A stretch of DNA of 64,000 bases, taken from contig OZ024741.1 of the NCBI GenBank assembly GCA_964016885.1, forward strand, positions 299,026,001-299,090,000. Reading direction: 5' to 3'. Position numbers and translations under genes: made by a program. The stretch's first letter is position 1; every line of letters begins with the position of its first letter. Shown here one piece after another: positions 13,600 through 24,649 of the stretch. This DNA is from Eledone cirrhosa (lineage: Eukaryota). The notes beneath the pieces are model-generated. The model did no database searches and was not told where the DNA came from. It saw only the letters and a list, made by a program, of their open reading frames with translations.

Positions 13600-15599
13600 C
13601 ACGTGGAGTGACGGAACCACCGGAGGCGATGAATTCACCGGTTGATGAATTCAACTTGTTACCGGACGAACAGAAAGGATGCCGAAAGAAGTCACGTGGT
13701 ACAAAGGACCAGTTACTTATTGATAATATGGTAATGGGGAATTGCAAGAGGAGACATACTGGTCTTGCCATGGGATGGATAGACTACAAAAAGGCATTTG
13801 ACATGGTGCCTCATTCTTGGATCACCAAAAGCCTGGAGATCTTCAAGGTGGCAGATAACATCAGACAGTTGTTGGGCAAAAGTATGAAGTCCTGGGAAAC
13901 AGAGTTAACATCAACTGGAGAATCCTTGGGAAGCGTGAAGATCAAGAGAGGTATCTTCCAGGGAGATAGTCTGTCCCCTCTGTTGTTTGTCCTTGCCCTG
14001 ATGCCCCTGACCAGTGTACTGCGAAAAGTGAGAGCAGGATACAGGTTGGGAAAGGGAGGGCTTACCATCAATCACCTCCTCTTTATGGACGATGTTAAGC
14101 TCTTCGGGAAGAGTGAGAAGGAGTTGGATGTGCTTGTTGACACTGTCCGTATTTTCAGCAATGATATATGTATGCAATTTGGTATTAGTAAGTGTGGAGT
14201 CATTGTGATGAAGAGGAGTAAGTTGAGCAGAAGTAACGGAATCCAGGTACCAACAAGTGAGATGATAAAGGAAATTGACTCTGAAGAAGGATACAAGTAT
14301 TTGGGCGTTCTGGAGGCTGATGACATCAAGAACAAAAAAATGAAGGAATTGATAAGAACTGAATACATTCGGAGAGTAAGGAGTGTATTAAAGTCACATC
14401 TGAACAGTAGGAATGCCATAAGTGCAGTAAATTCCCGAGCTGTGTCTATTATTAGGTACAGTGCGGGAATTCTGAGATGGAATGTTGCTGAACAAAAAGA
14501 AATGGATAGGAAGACTAGGAAGCTATTGACTATCTACAACATGTTCCACAAGAGAAGTGATGTCGATAGACTCTACTTAAGGAGATCTGAAGGTAGAAGA
14601 GGTCTTATCAGCATAGAGGACTGTGTTCAGATGGAGAAAAACAACCTACACAAATACGTGACTGATAGTAAGGAGCCAATGCTCAGAACTGTACTGAAGG
14701 AGGGGACAAATAGGTCAGGGGATATCCAAGGAGGAAATAACATCAAGGAAAAAGAGCAGCCTTCAGGAAAAATCCCTTCATAGTACCTTCTTTGAGAAAA
14801 CTGAATTTAGAGATCCACAGACATGGAACTGGTTGAAAAGAGGAGATCTTAAAAAGGCTACAGAAGGAATGTTAATGGCTGCGCAGGAGCAGGGCCTCAA
14901 AACGAAGTAGTTGAAACACCATATTTACAAGGAGGAGGCTAGCCCAATGTGCAGGATCTGTGGAGAGAGAGAGGAGACTGTGGCTCACATTGTATCCGAG
15001 TGTAAACACCTAGCCCAGACTCACTATAAGGGCTGGAGACATGATGTGATGGGCAGGGTGATCCACTGGCACCTATGCAAAGTAAACAATTTACCACATT
15101 CTGAGAAGTGGTATGAGCATAAGCCAGAGGCGGTGATAGAAAACGATCAGGTGAAGGTGCTGTGGGATTTTAGGATACAGACGGACAAGAAAATGGAACA
15201 CAATAGACCTGACCTGGTGGTTGTGGACAAAGAAAAAAGATCGTGCCTGATTGTGGATGTGGCCTGCCCATTCGACACGAGAGTGCAAGAGAAGGAGAGG
15301 GAGAAAATTAACCGATACCAGGACTTAAAGTGGGAGGTAAAAAGGATCTGGAACTGCCATGAAGTCAAAGTGATCCCGATTATCATAGGCGCACTAGGGA
15401 CTATCTCAAAAAGTTTCCAGGGATGGTTAAAGAAAATTGGCCCCTTCACGCTTTTTGGAACGCTTCAAAAGGCATGCTTGCTGGGAACAGCAAGAACCCT
15501 CCGATACGTCTTGAATATCTGAGGCTGCAGGTAGTGGCTTGATATTCATTTCAACAAACTTTCCAGTTAACTAACATCAATGACTGAGACTCAAAGAGT
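13598..15599 (+). mobile_element. 5'-truncated R4/Dong-like RLE retrotransposon, family B (distinct from A)
   Basis: [36 protein letters not shown] (13491-14783); CRIC..ETVAHIVSEC, RHD, RPDLVVVD (14911-15522). Flanked by (AAT)n at 13566-13597 and 15600-15653. Confidence 0.9.
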
Positions 15600-15611
15600 A
15601 ATAACAACAAC

Positions 15612-15655
<44 letters not shown>

Positions 15656-15903
15656 TTTCTTTATTAACCACAAGGGTTTACATAAAGTAGACATTAAGGA
15701 CAGTGCAGGACAATGCAGGACGGTACAAATGGGCATTTCTGCGTGTAAAAAACAAAAACAGAGGATGTAACAAAAAATAACAATGAAAAATTCCCCAATA
15801 GGGGGGAGACTTCGGAGGGACATTTGTGGAGAAAGCCCAGTAAAAAGCCACAATGACCCTGACCACCAAGGCAAGTGCCCTCTCCCAGTTTTCCACCTTT
15901 AGT

Positions 15904-18900
15904 TTACAGATATATACTCAGAGTCGGCCCATTCACTCGGGCCATTCTTGCTTCTCTCACCCATCTTTCAACAAAATGCTGGGAAGAGAGCACTTCCTTC
16001 TCTACTCTGATTTTCCTTTTCAAATGAAATTTGAAAAAGTCAATCAGAGCATCACCGAAGAGGTAAGTGCTCGTCTTCAGCCCTTTCAAACGTGTCCACC
16101 ATACTATCTCTTTCGCCATGGCCACCAGACAGATAAAAACTGCCTGCCCTTCCCGGCTAAAGGAGGAGGGCGGGGCAATCCTCACGATAGACTCAGATGA
16201 TAGCTGGATCCGTCCTAAACGCGACAGCAGGTGTTCGACATAAACCCACAAGTCAGCAATTTTCGGACACTGGACGAGTGCGTGCAGGACAGTTTCGTCG
16301 CCCTGCGCGCATCTCGGACATGCCCGGCTGACGGCACCTCCATGCCTGTAGAGTTTATCCCGAACTGGCAAGGCTCCTCGGTAGCACTGCCAGGCCAGAG
16401 ATTTCTGGAAGTTGTCCATAGGCCCCGGCCCGAAAGTTCTTCCGAAGAGATTGGCTAGTTGATTTTCGTCGACGCCTAGAGTTTCCCCAAGTACGTCGTC
16501 GCTCTTCCCCTCCACTAATCCTCTATAGAACGCCGAGGTGGAGTTTCCACCGATCACATTGCCCGATTGGTCGAGGGTTGTGAGCGCCTGAAGACATTCC
16601 AGTCTCCAGGCGCTCCCTCTCGGTCTTCGCTTGACCCAGGACTGCAGCTCCGTCAAGGAAACGAGCTGGGGAAAAACGCGTCTAGCAAACGGCGACCACA
16701 CCTGATCACCGTCGAGGAAGAGGTGGAGATGTCGTAGCCTGAGCGCGTGCCTGCGCATCATCAGCCACGGCATGCCCAGCCCTCCACGTAGCGGGTGTTG
16801 ACAACAGATGGACCGCCTGACCATCGGAGCACGTCCCTTCCACAAAAAGCGAAAGAGCAAACGCTCCAGCGCAGTCAGGCGAGGCTTAGGACAAGGTACG
16901 ACGGTTAGGCGGTAGCAGATGACAGACGCGATGTACGCGTTAGCCACCTCCGCTCGACCTTTCAGGGATAGCTTCCTCTCCGCCCATTTCTGGGTGAGAG
17001 AAGCCACCCTGCTCGTCACCTCGTCCCAGTTTTTGTCCGTCTGGAGGTCCGGACCGAACCAGACCCCTAGCAATTTAACCGGTCCGTCCGTCCAGCGCCC
17101 GACGACGCTGTTGGACGGCATGGACCTGCCTCTCCAGGTGCCGAGCTGCAGGCCCACTGACTTTTCCTGGTTGATCATTGCTCCTGTCACCGCTTCGTAT
17201 TCTCTTAGTGTAGTGCCGATCGCCTCGATGTGTTTGGCGTTCGACACCACTACGGTGACATCGTCGGCATATGCTGACACGGATCTTCCGCATCCTAGTT
17301 CGCGCGGGACTCCCCTCAACGTCTCCAGTTTGTGCAGTAATGGCTCGAGAGTCAATACGTACAAGAGGGACGAGAGGGGACATCCTTGGCGGACCGAGCG
17401 CATGATGTTGAACGGTTCCGACAGGTGACCGTTTACTCTCACCACAGAGCAGATGTCGCTGTGCATGGCAGCGATCCAGCCTCTGAAGACGGGCCCAAAG
17501 CCAGCCGCCCTCAGGACTGCCGCTAGGTAACGATGGTCGACCCTATCGAAAGCTTTCGACTGATCTAAATTGATCAAGGACCCACCCGTGCCAGGTTCCC
17601 TAGCTACCCTCTCTACGATGTATCGCATGAGGTGGAGGTTGTCGTGGATGGATCTGTCGGGAATGGCGCATGTCTGCGCCTCTCCCACCAGACCACCAAC
17701 GACAAGCGCCAACCTCTTTGCTAGCACCTTGGCCAAAATCTTAAACTCTGTGTTTAGCAGAGTTATGGGCCGGAAATTGTCTATGTTATCCCCCTTGTTC
17801 GGATCCTTTCTCAGCAGTGCCACCGCTCCTCGGCTCACAGAACTGGGAATTCTCCCGTTCTGTTGCCAGTTGCAGTAGACGTCCGCCAAGAGGCCTCCGA
17901 ACAAGTCTGGCATCTGTACGTAAAGTTCATAGGGCAGACCATCCAAACCAGGCGATTTACCCCTTGTGCAGCCAGTCATTGCCTCCCTTACTTCAGCGGC
18001 TGTTATCGGCTTTTCGCAACACTTCGCCTCAGTGGCCGAGAGCCGCGGCAGTCCGTCGAGGTAGACACTAAAGTCCATCCCTCTACCCGGCCCACCGCTG
18101 CCCCCGAACAGCTGAGCGAAGTGTCGCTGAAAAGCTTCACACATTTGCCCGGGATCGAGTAGCATGCGCCCGTCGTGGTCCACCAAAGACCGGATCGTGG
18201 CTTTGTTGCCACGACGCGCCTCCGCCACTCGGGCCCATTGAACGGCTTTCGTCCCCTCGTGTCTGAGAGCACGCACCCTAGCTCTGACAACGCAGCCTTC
18301 GTGCTTTGCATTGAAGAATTGGTCAAGGGCCAATTTCGCCGCAAGCACGTCGGTCGCAATGCCTTTGCTAAGCGCCTCGTCTAATTTTCTAACTAGTTCT
18401 CCCTCTGCTCTATTTTTCTCTATTGCTAAAGCCTTACTAAACCTAATCGATTCTATTCTAATCGCTCTTTTCAGAGCAAACCACCACTTGTTGTTGACGA
18501 TGGCCCCCGTCAACGCCCGCTTAACTAGTTCGCTAATCCGGTCTCTGTAGGCCTTGCGCGCTGGTAAGGACGCGTTTAGCTTCCAGTAGCCGGGTCCTCG
18601 TCTATGAAGCCTATCTAAGTCAAGCACACAGATCACGAATTTGTGGTCCGTGTAGCTGACTATCTTGAATTGTGGACAGCCTATGCTAGACCTATCTATT
18701 TCCCTACAAAATACTCTATCTAGATATGATCTGGATGACCCTATGCGGTTTGTCCAAGTCCACATTGGCACATTCGGGAAATCCAATCGGTACCTGTCAG
18801 ACAGTTCAAAACGCCTGAGCAGGTTGGTGAGGCTCTTGCACCCTCCACCCCTATCCGCTAATCCCACACAGTCCCAGCGTGCATCTAAGATCCCGTTCCA

Positions 18901-19323
18901 GTCGCCCACTAACACTAAAGAGCGGGACGTTCCAAGAAAGGTCTCCAGACGCCGGAAGAAATCAGGCCGCCCTGCTCCTGTCGGGGCATAGACGGCCACT
19001 AGCCTGAAAGCTTGCCCGTCTCCGCTGGTCACGTCCAGCACCACCAGCTTACCCTCTGGGTCCAGGAAGATGGCCCGTATGGCGAGATCCAAACCTCTCC
19101 GAAAAAGCACAGCAACTCCTCCACCCGATCCAGGACGGCTGGGAGATGCGTACACATCGTAGCCGCCGAAGATCGGTACGAAGGCCCGTGCTTCGGAGAT
19201 TCTGGTCTCGCTGATGGCCACTACATCTATGTTTAGTGACCTGAGGTCGTTGAGCAGGTGACCCTGCTTCCATGACGACCCCAAGCCACGCGCATTTATG
19301 CTGCCTATTCTGAGTGAGGTCAT
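15904..19323 (-). CDS. Tx1 ORF2 polyprotein (APE endonuclease, reverse transcriptase, C-terminal zinc finger), 1139 aa
   Basis: SINARGL, SET, VYAP, GDWN, YLDR, TDH (APE); KSPGLDG, FRPITLLN, DQSKAFDRV, VRQGCPLS, AYADD (RT); CPRC...HALVQC. Confidence 0.95.
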   Translation of the reverse strand: MTSLRIGSINARGLGSSWKQGHLLNDLRSLNIDVVAISETRISEARAFVPIFGGYDVYASPSRPGSGGGVAVLFRRGLDLAIRAIFLDPEGKLVVLDVTSGDGQAFRLVAVYAPTGAGRPDFFRRLETFLGTSRSLVLVGDWNGILDARWDCVGLADRGGGCKSLTNLLRRFELSDRYRLDFPNVPMWTWTNRIGSSRSYLDRVFCREIDRSSIGCPQFKIVSYTDHKFVICVLDLDRLHRRGPGYWKLNASLPARKAYRDRISELVKRALTGAIVNNKWWFALKRAIRIESIRFSKALAIEKNRAEGELVRKLDEALSKGIATDVLAAKLALDQFFNAKHEGCVVRARVRALRHEGTKAVQWARVAEARRGNKATIRSLVDHDGRMLLDPGQMCEAFQRHFAQLFGGSGGPGRGMDFSVYLDGLPRLSATEAKCCEKPITAAEVREAMTGCTRGKSPGLDGLPYELYVQMPDLFGGLLADVYCNWQQNGRIPSSVSRGAVALLRKDPNKGDNIDNFRPITLLNTEFKILAKVLAKRLALVVGGLVGEAQTCAIPDRSIHDNLHLMRYIVERVAREPGTGGSLINLDQSKAFDRVDHRYLAAVLRAAGFGPVFRGWIAAMHSDICSVVRVNGHLSEPFNIMRSVRQGCPLSSLLYVLTLEPLLHKLETLRGVPRELGCGRSVSAYADDVTVVVSNAKHIEAIGTTLREYEAVTGAMINQEKSVGLQLGTWRGRSMPSNSVVGRWTDGPVKLLGVWFGPDLQTDKNWDEVTSRVASLTQKWAERKLSLKGRAEVANAYIASVICYRLTVVPCPKPRLTALERLLFRFLWKGRAPMVRRSICCQHPLRGGLGMPWLMMRRHALRLRHLHLFLDGDQVWSPFARRVFPQLVSLTELQSWVKRRPRGSAWRLECLQALTTLDQSGNVIGGNSTSAFYRGLVEGKSDDVLGETLGVDENQLANLFGRTFGPGPMDNFQKSLAWQCYRGALPVRDKLYRHGGAVSRACPRCAQGDETVLHALVQCPKIADLWVYVEHLLSRLGRIQLSSESIVRIAPPSSFSREGQAVFICLVAMAKEIVWWTRLKGLKTSTYLFGDALIDFFKFHLKRKIRVEKEVLSSQHFVERWVREARMARVNGPTLSIYL

Positions 19324-19358
19324 GTTTAAAATAGAGTGGAAAAGATGGGAAAGACCAC

Positions 19359-21455
19359 TTACCGTACTTTTGGTAGAGGAGGGATGGTTTTTACATCCCT
19401 TTTCACTTGATCGTCTGGTGAAGGGACCGTTGAATCGTCCCTTCGGCTGGTCGTCGGCTCTTCTAAGAGAATGTCTGAGTATACTCTTCGATTGATGGTT
19501 CCTCCTAGGTCCCTGAAATCACCAACTGCGTTGGGGAATTTCGTTTTAATGTTTGTGTATTGTTTCTGTGCTATTTTTAGCAGTCTTATGTTAGTTGGCG
19601 TTTTGATTGGTGCTGGTATTATGTAGTCCTGTTGTGAAATGTCTGTGTGTTCAATTATGTAAGTCATTAGTTTCTTGTTGTGTGTATTTATTGCCGTGCA
19701 TTTGTTTTTCTGGGGGTGGGGTGTGGTTCTGCTATTTTCTTGTCGTTGTTGCTGGGTGTGTGTGTTTTGTTGTTGTGTTTGCGATGTTGGTGCTTGTGGT
19801 GGTGGTGTTGAAGGTGTTGTTGGCGGTGGGGTTGTCGCCGGTGGTGATGGTGGTGCTAGTGTGGGTGGTGATGGTGTTGGTGTTGTTGCTGCTGTGGGTC
19901 TCTTTGCAGTAGACTTTACCCTTTTCTCATTTCTTTCCTCCCTTTTCAAAGGCGACGATGCGCTGCTTCTGCGTTTGTGCCTTCTTACGACATTTTGCCA
20001 TCCCTCTCCCACCTCACACTCCATGTCTGATTCTGTGAGGTCGGGGAGGGGTACCAGCTCCACTCTTTCACTTGTTGTTGTTGGTGATGTTTGCACTGGA
20101 GTCTCTGTTGCAGCTGCATTTGGTATTGCTGTTGTTGTTGTTAGTATTTCCACTGCTGCTGCTGTTTTTGATTTCCGTGGAGTGGGTATGGGTGCCACGG
20201 GCCTATCGTTCCTGGTTGCCGCTTGTCCTGTTGCTGGTAGCCGTGGAGCCGGATTCGGAAGGAGGGGGGCTTTCTCCTTTCTCAGGGTATTCTCGTTGCA
20301 GAAGGCCCTGAGGTGAGTCTTCGATCCACAGCGAAAGCATTTCGGGCGTTTGCCCTCAACACTTATGGGCAGTTGAGTGCCGTTATCGAAGTCTATCACA
20401 TCCGGGATAGCTTCGATGCACTCCTGGTTGGTTTGGATTAGCATCTCAATGGAGGAGCCGACCCAATCTTCTCTTACTTTTTTCTGTACTTGCAGTACAG
20501 TTGTTTTGTCCTCGATTCCGACGAGGACAGACGCGGCCAGCCAAGAAGGGGTCATTCCGGGGGGGACGTGGGTCAGTTTGACCCTCACAATTTTTTGCCC
20601 GCAGTAGGAGGGCACCAACACCATTTCCTCGCTCCTTAGGGTCACTACTGATTGGGCCTTTGCCTCCTGGGGTGTGGCAAAAAGTACGTCTACGGTGGCA
20701 TATTTTTTGCCTCGGGTGATGTGCGTTTTCCGCTGCCACACAGACCCCAAGGCTTTTTGTATTTGGGCCTCTGTGGCTCTTTCCACCCTACGGGATTTTG
20801 TACTTACTGTACGGTACGTGACCGTACAGTGCTCTTGGGTCTCGAAAAACTTTTCCGCTGCCTTGCAGATTGCTCGGTGTCCGTTCTTTGTCACCATCTT
20901 CTTCGCTTCCTCTAATTCCTCATTTGTTATGAGGATTGTTTCCAAGTTTTTCGCAATACCTGCAAATGAGATTGGTTTTTCTCTGCTGTTGTTGTTGTCG
21001 TCAGAGCTGCTGGTACTTTTGTTGTTGCTGCAGGTACTACGACTACTGCCTCCGCCGCTGTTGCTGTGGTTGTTGTTGGTGTTGCTGCTGCTAATGCTGT
21101 TGTTGTTTATGTTGCTGGTGATGCTGTTGCGGCTGCTACTGTTGTTTTCATTGTCACTGTTGCTGTTGTTATTACGGCTGCTACTGCTATTATTCCTGAC
21201 GTCAGACGAATGAACTGGGTTTTCGTATTTCCCGCACACCTGTTTCGTCGCTGTCGTCGTCGTCGTGGAGAAACCTTGCACGCTTTGCACGAGACTTTTC
21301 TTTTCTTTCGTTGCTTGCGAAAGAGAAGGGAGGGAGAGAGACACATTTAAAGAAGGGAGGGAGAGAGACAATCTTCTCTCTGCTGTAGTGATGATTGAGG
21401 AAGAAGAAGACGGAATGAGTGGGAGTGACGTATGAAATTTCTTTTTCGTAGCCAT
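19359..21455 (-). CDS. Tx1 ORF1 nucleic-acid-binding protein, 698 aa
   Basis: Open frame directly upstream of ORF2; CCHC knuckle CFRCGSKTHLRAFC; Ser/Asn-rich and Pro/Thr-rich low-complexity tracts. Confidence 0.88.
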   Translation of the reverse strand: MATKKKFHTSLPLIPSSSSSIITTAERRLSLSLPSLNVSLSLPSLSQATKEKKSLVQSVQGFSTTTTTATKQVCGKYENPVHSSDVRNNSSSSRNNNSNSDNENNSSSRNSITSNINNNSISSSNTNNNHSNSGGGSSRSTCSNNKSTSSSDDNNNSREKPISFAGIAKNLETILITNEELEEAKKMVTKNGHRAICKAAEKFFETQEHCTVTYRTVSTKSRRVERATEAQIQKALGSVWQRKTHITRGKKYATVDVLFATPQEAKAQSVVTLRSEEMVLVPSYCGQKIVRVKLTHVPPGMTPSWLAASVLVGIEDKTTVLQVQKKVREDWVGSSIEMLIQTNQECIEAIPDVIDFDNGTQLPISVEGKRPKCFRCGSKTHLRAFCNENTLRKEKAPLLPNPAPRLPATGQAATRNDRPVAPIPTPRKSKTAAAVEILTTTTAIPNAAATETPVQTSPTTTSERVELVPLPDLTESDMECEVGEGWQNVVRRHKRRSSASSPLKREERNEKRVKSTAKRPTAATTPTPSPPTLAPPSPPATTPPPTTPSTPPPQAPTSQTQQQNTHTQQQRQENSRTTPHPQKNKCTAINTHNKKLMTYIIEHTDISQQDYIIPAPIKTPTNIRLLKIAQKQYTNIKTKFPNAVGDFRDLGGTINRRVYSDILLEEPTTSRRDDSTVPSPDDQVKRDVKTIPPLPKVR

Positions 21456-22140
21456 GTTGTTTTTTGTTTAAAATGAATATTGGGTTCAAAACCCCAATAA
21501 CTGGTTATTTAACCCCGAAGGGCCAAATAACGGACAGAAAGACCCCTCTCACGAGGAGGAGGGTGTCTTTATCAACAATTTGGTTCAAGTTTTAAAACAA
21601 TTTACAATTGTTTTAACGGTTAAAAATTACTATACCTTACAGAGCCGAGCCTCCGTCAACCATGGCATTCAATAATAATAATAATAATAATTCAATTGTA
21701 CGCTCTCACCAAAATGTGTGGTTCTGTGCCAACATTACCTTTGTAACAATTTAGGAGAATTATCTATAGTAAATCGTGGATCCGGCCATTCAATTGTAAC
21801 GGCAATAACGTTGAACGTATTTGGAGTCCATAATTGACATGTTATATATAACAGAATTACCGGATATATGAATAATCATCGATGCTGAAAAAATTGTATT
21901 TTGATAAATTATTGGTTTGTATTAGGGAAACCCTATAATATATGTTAATCACTTACAGGCGAAAGGAATTAAAAATAAGAATGATATTTAAATAAATATT
22001 TCTGGGATATAGTTATATAAATGTTCAGTATATATGTACAAGTAATATACTCGATTTAATAAAAAGAGTAACTATTGACAAAGACTAACGGAGAGTTTGA
22101 ACATAGGACCTTGCGAATGGAAAAATTAACTTCCACTTGT

Positions 22141-22293
<153 letters not shown>

Positions 22294-22452
22294 TAGATTT
22301 GAAGTCAGTGTTGCAGCATATGTACAAAATCTATTGGCCTATTACAATTGTTTCGATATCGATCAGCTCAGGGTACATTCATAATGACCAGGGCGTGCCT
22401 CTTCTTCGACATCTCAGATATACCAGTTTATATGTACAAATACACACCTATA

Positions 22453-22513
<61 letters not shown>

Positions 22514-22704
22514 CATGTATGCGTACGTATACAGACGTAGAGTAGTATGTATATACATACATACATGCACACATATATATATTATACGTATGGGTTACCG
22601 AAAATGTATTATAATGCTCGGTTTGTTTGTAAAGAAACATCCCGAATTAAGCCGTACAGTGTTCGGCAACCATCATTGACCTTTTGTCCAACACTGAGAA
22701 AGGA

Positions 22705-22747
22705 ACGATGAACTAGTTTCTAGCTTATTAGCTGTCATCAGCACTGT
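22705..22747 (-). ncRNA. Type I minimal hammerhead ribozyme motif
   Basis: Minus strand: acagtg-CTGATGA-c agct aata agct a-GAAA-ctag-TT-catcgt. Palindromic stem III. Confidence 0.6.
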
Positions 22748-22981
22748 ATACCTTCCTGTCAGTCGATTGAACGTTTGAAAGTATATACTTTCCTTATGCA
22801 TATTAACGGCTGAGCAGCCTAATTTGCATATCGAATGAGTTAGTCGGCCGGGCGAACCGAAAACGATAAATAGAAAAAATGAAATTTTATTTCTCATTCT
22901 TAGTACGGCTGACACTTAAATATAAGCATGTATACGTACATATATATATGTATACAGACGTACAGTAGTATTTATATATAC

Positions 22982-23668
22982 ATTATTTTAATTTCTGTTG
23001 TCTATGTTACCGTCGTGTTGTTGTCTGGCAGGTTCGTATAGTACTGACCCGGTTTTTTGTCCTTTTAGTTCCCCCCAGTGTTAGTCTTTCCTTTCACCTA
23101 TGCTACGATCTGTCTCGCCTATGTATGTTGTTGTCATGTTTCTGCAAGTACCCTCTGTACATCTTATGCTATAGACTACGTTTCTAGTTTTACAGTTTAT
23201 CCGGGGCTTTACTTTACATATAATACATTTCCTATTAGTACAGTGGGTTTTCTTAAAAGGGTATGTTTTGTTGATCAGGGATTTTATGGTGGTTCCTGGC
23301 TTTTCTACCACCTTAATCTTTAGGTGGGTCTTTCTTAGGGCCTTTCTACACTGGTTAGCTAATTTCCCTCCAGGGGTAGCGTCCACGAACATGACACTCT
23401 GGTATCTCTGGTTGTCGTACCATGAGGTGGCTTTCTCTATCTTATGTTTAGTCCTATCTAAGCTATTCCATGATTTGCTCCTGTATAATGGGCAAATTCC
23501 TTTCATGTCCAGTTCTATGAGGGTCTTATACTTCTCCGTGGCTCCTTCGTATACTCTGATTCTGTCTCTTTTACCCAGAGAACTGCATGCGGTCGATGAT
23601 GTGTTGGATGTGTTTTTCCATTTCTGTTGGGTCGCACATGCAGGACACGTTCTTCATCACGCGTACCA
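22982..23668 (-). mobile_element. Penelope-like element fragment (post-RT region and GIY-YIG)
   Basis: ORF 23081-23506 HCTNRKCIIC..RNVVYSIRC..TYIGET; same family as 61313-64000. Confidence 0.85.
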
Positions 23669-23717
23669 AGTATAACAATATTTGTTTCGACACGATTTCA
23701 TATCAAAAACCTCGCAA

Positions 23718-23756
<39 letters not shown>

Positions 23757-23829
23757 GGTGTTGGATGCTTAAAGCGTCCGTATTCGGTACGACGTATGAG
23801 CACTCGATACTCTCGTAGAGTAGAGTATG

Positions 23830-24272
23830 ATATCACAGAAAAAAGGGAATCAGTGTTGCGACGCAAGGAATGTTTTGGACATATTACAATTGTTTCTCGG
23901 GCGACCAGCTCAACTGACGATCGATATGGTGATCAAATCTGACTCTGAAATTTCGCGGTCCTCGGATACGTCTCGATTCTACGAAGCAGATTTTCCTATT
24001 GTCCTTTAACATCGAATTCCTTCCTTTGTTGATTTAGATCCTGTTGTTGTCATTTCATGAGTGGTCAAGAATTGTACACGTCACCGGTATTTCTAGCCAC
24101 TCTTGGTTTCCCACTGCCTGGTTCTTCTCGTTCTCCACCTGTCAATCAAAATATCTCCGTATAATGAGAATTACTACTGTGGCGGGAGAGGGGCTGTAAT
24201 CTTGAACGGCTGGCATCACTTCGTGATATTCCAATAAATTCCTTTAGTCGCAGCACTGATTCTCTTTTTTCT

Positions 24273-24279
<7 letters not shown>
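23830..24279. mobile_element. MITE-like element with ~41-bp terminal inverted repeats
   Basis: ATATCACAGAAAAAAGGGAATCAGTGTTGCGAC...GTCGCAGCACTGATTCTCTTTTTTCTGTGATAT; non-coding interior. Confidence 0.7.
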
Positions 24280-24346
<67 letters not shown>

Positions 24347-24348
<2 letters not shown>

Positions 24349-24618
24349 CAGAGAGGCCAGTGAAATAGAACTTAGAAGGCCAAAGCTAAACAGAAAAAAT
24401 GAATGGAATAACAACGACACCCAAACAGACAATACTGACCTAAGAGAAATATAAATAAATAAATATATACACAAGCACAATAACAACAAACACATATAAA
24501 CACACAGTAGTCAACTAAGATAGATTGCAATAACCAAAACACAGTCACCCAAACGCGAACACACATCAAACACTATACACACACGCAAACGCATGCGCAA
24601 AGAAGAAGAAGACAAACA

Positions 24619-24649
<31 letters not shown>

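Larger units (their letters stand above)
15654..21670 (-). mobile_element. Full-length, apparently intact Tx1-clade retrotransposon, copy 2
   Basis: 5' UTR, ORF1, ORF2 and 3' UTR with AATAAA; (AAT)n on both sides (15600-15653 and 21671-21691). Confidence 0.95.

Noticed and set aside
13491-14783. Chimeric 430-aa ORF (family A 3' UTR, poly-Asn, family B RT) as a new fusion gene
   Set aside because: In-frame read-through across (AAT)n is expected by chance, the RT is truncated and frameshifted downstream, and there is no evidence of function.
21536-21570. TCCTCGT loop in the Tx1 5' UTR as an HDV-like ribozyme
   Set aside because: No P1/P2 pseudoknot partners found; copy 1 has TCCTCTT; better explained as a simple hairpin.
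1728-21691. Simple segmental duplication of a Dong+Tx1 unit
   Set aside because: The second Tx1 follows a different Dong-like family, truncation points differ and right flanks differ. It is not fully excluded without divergence calculations.
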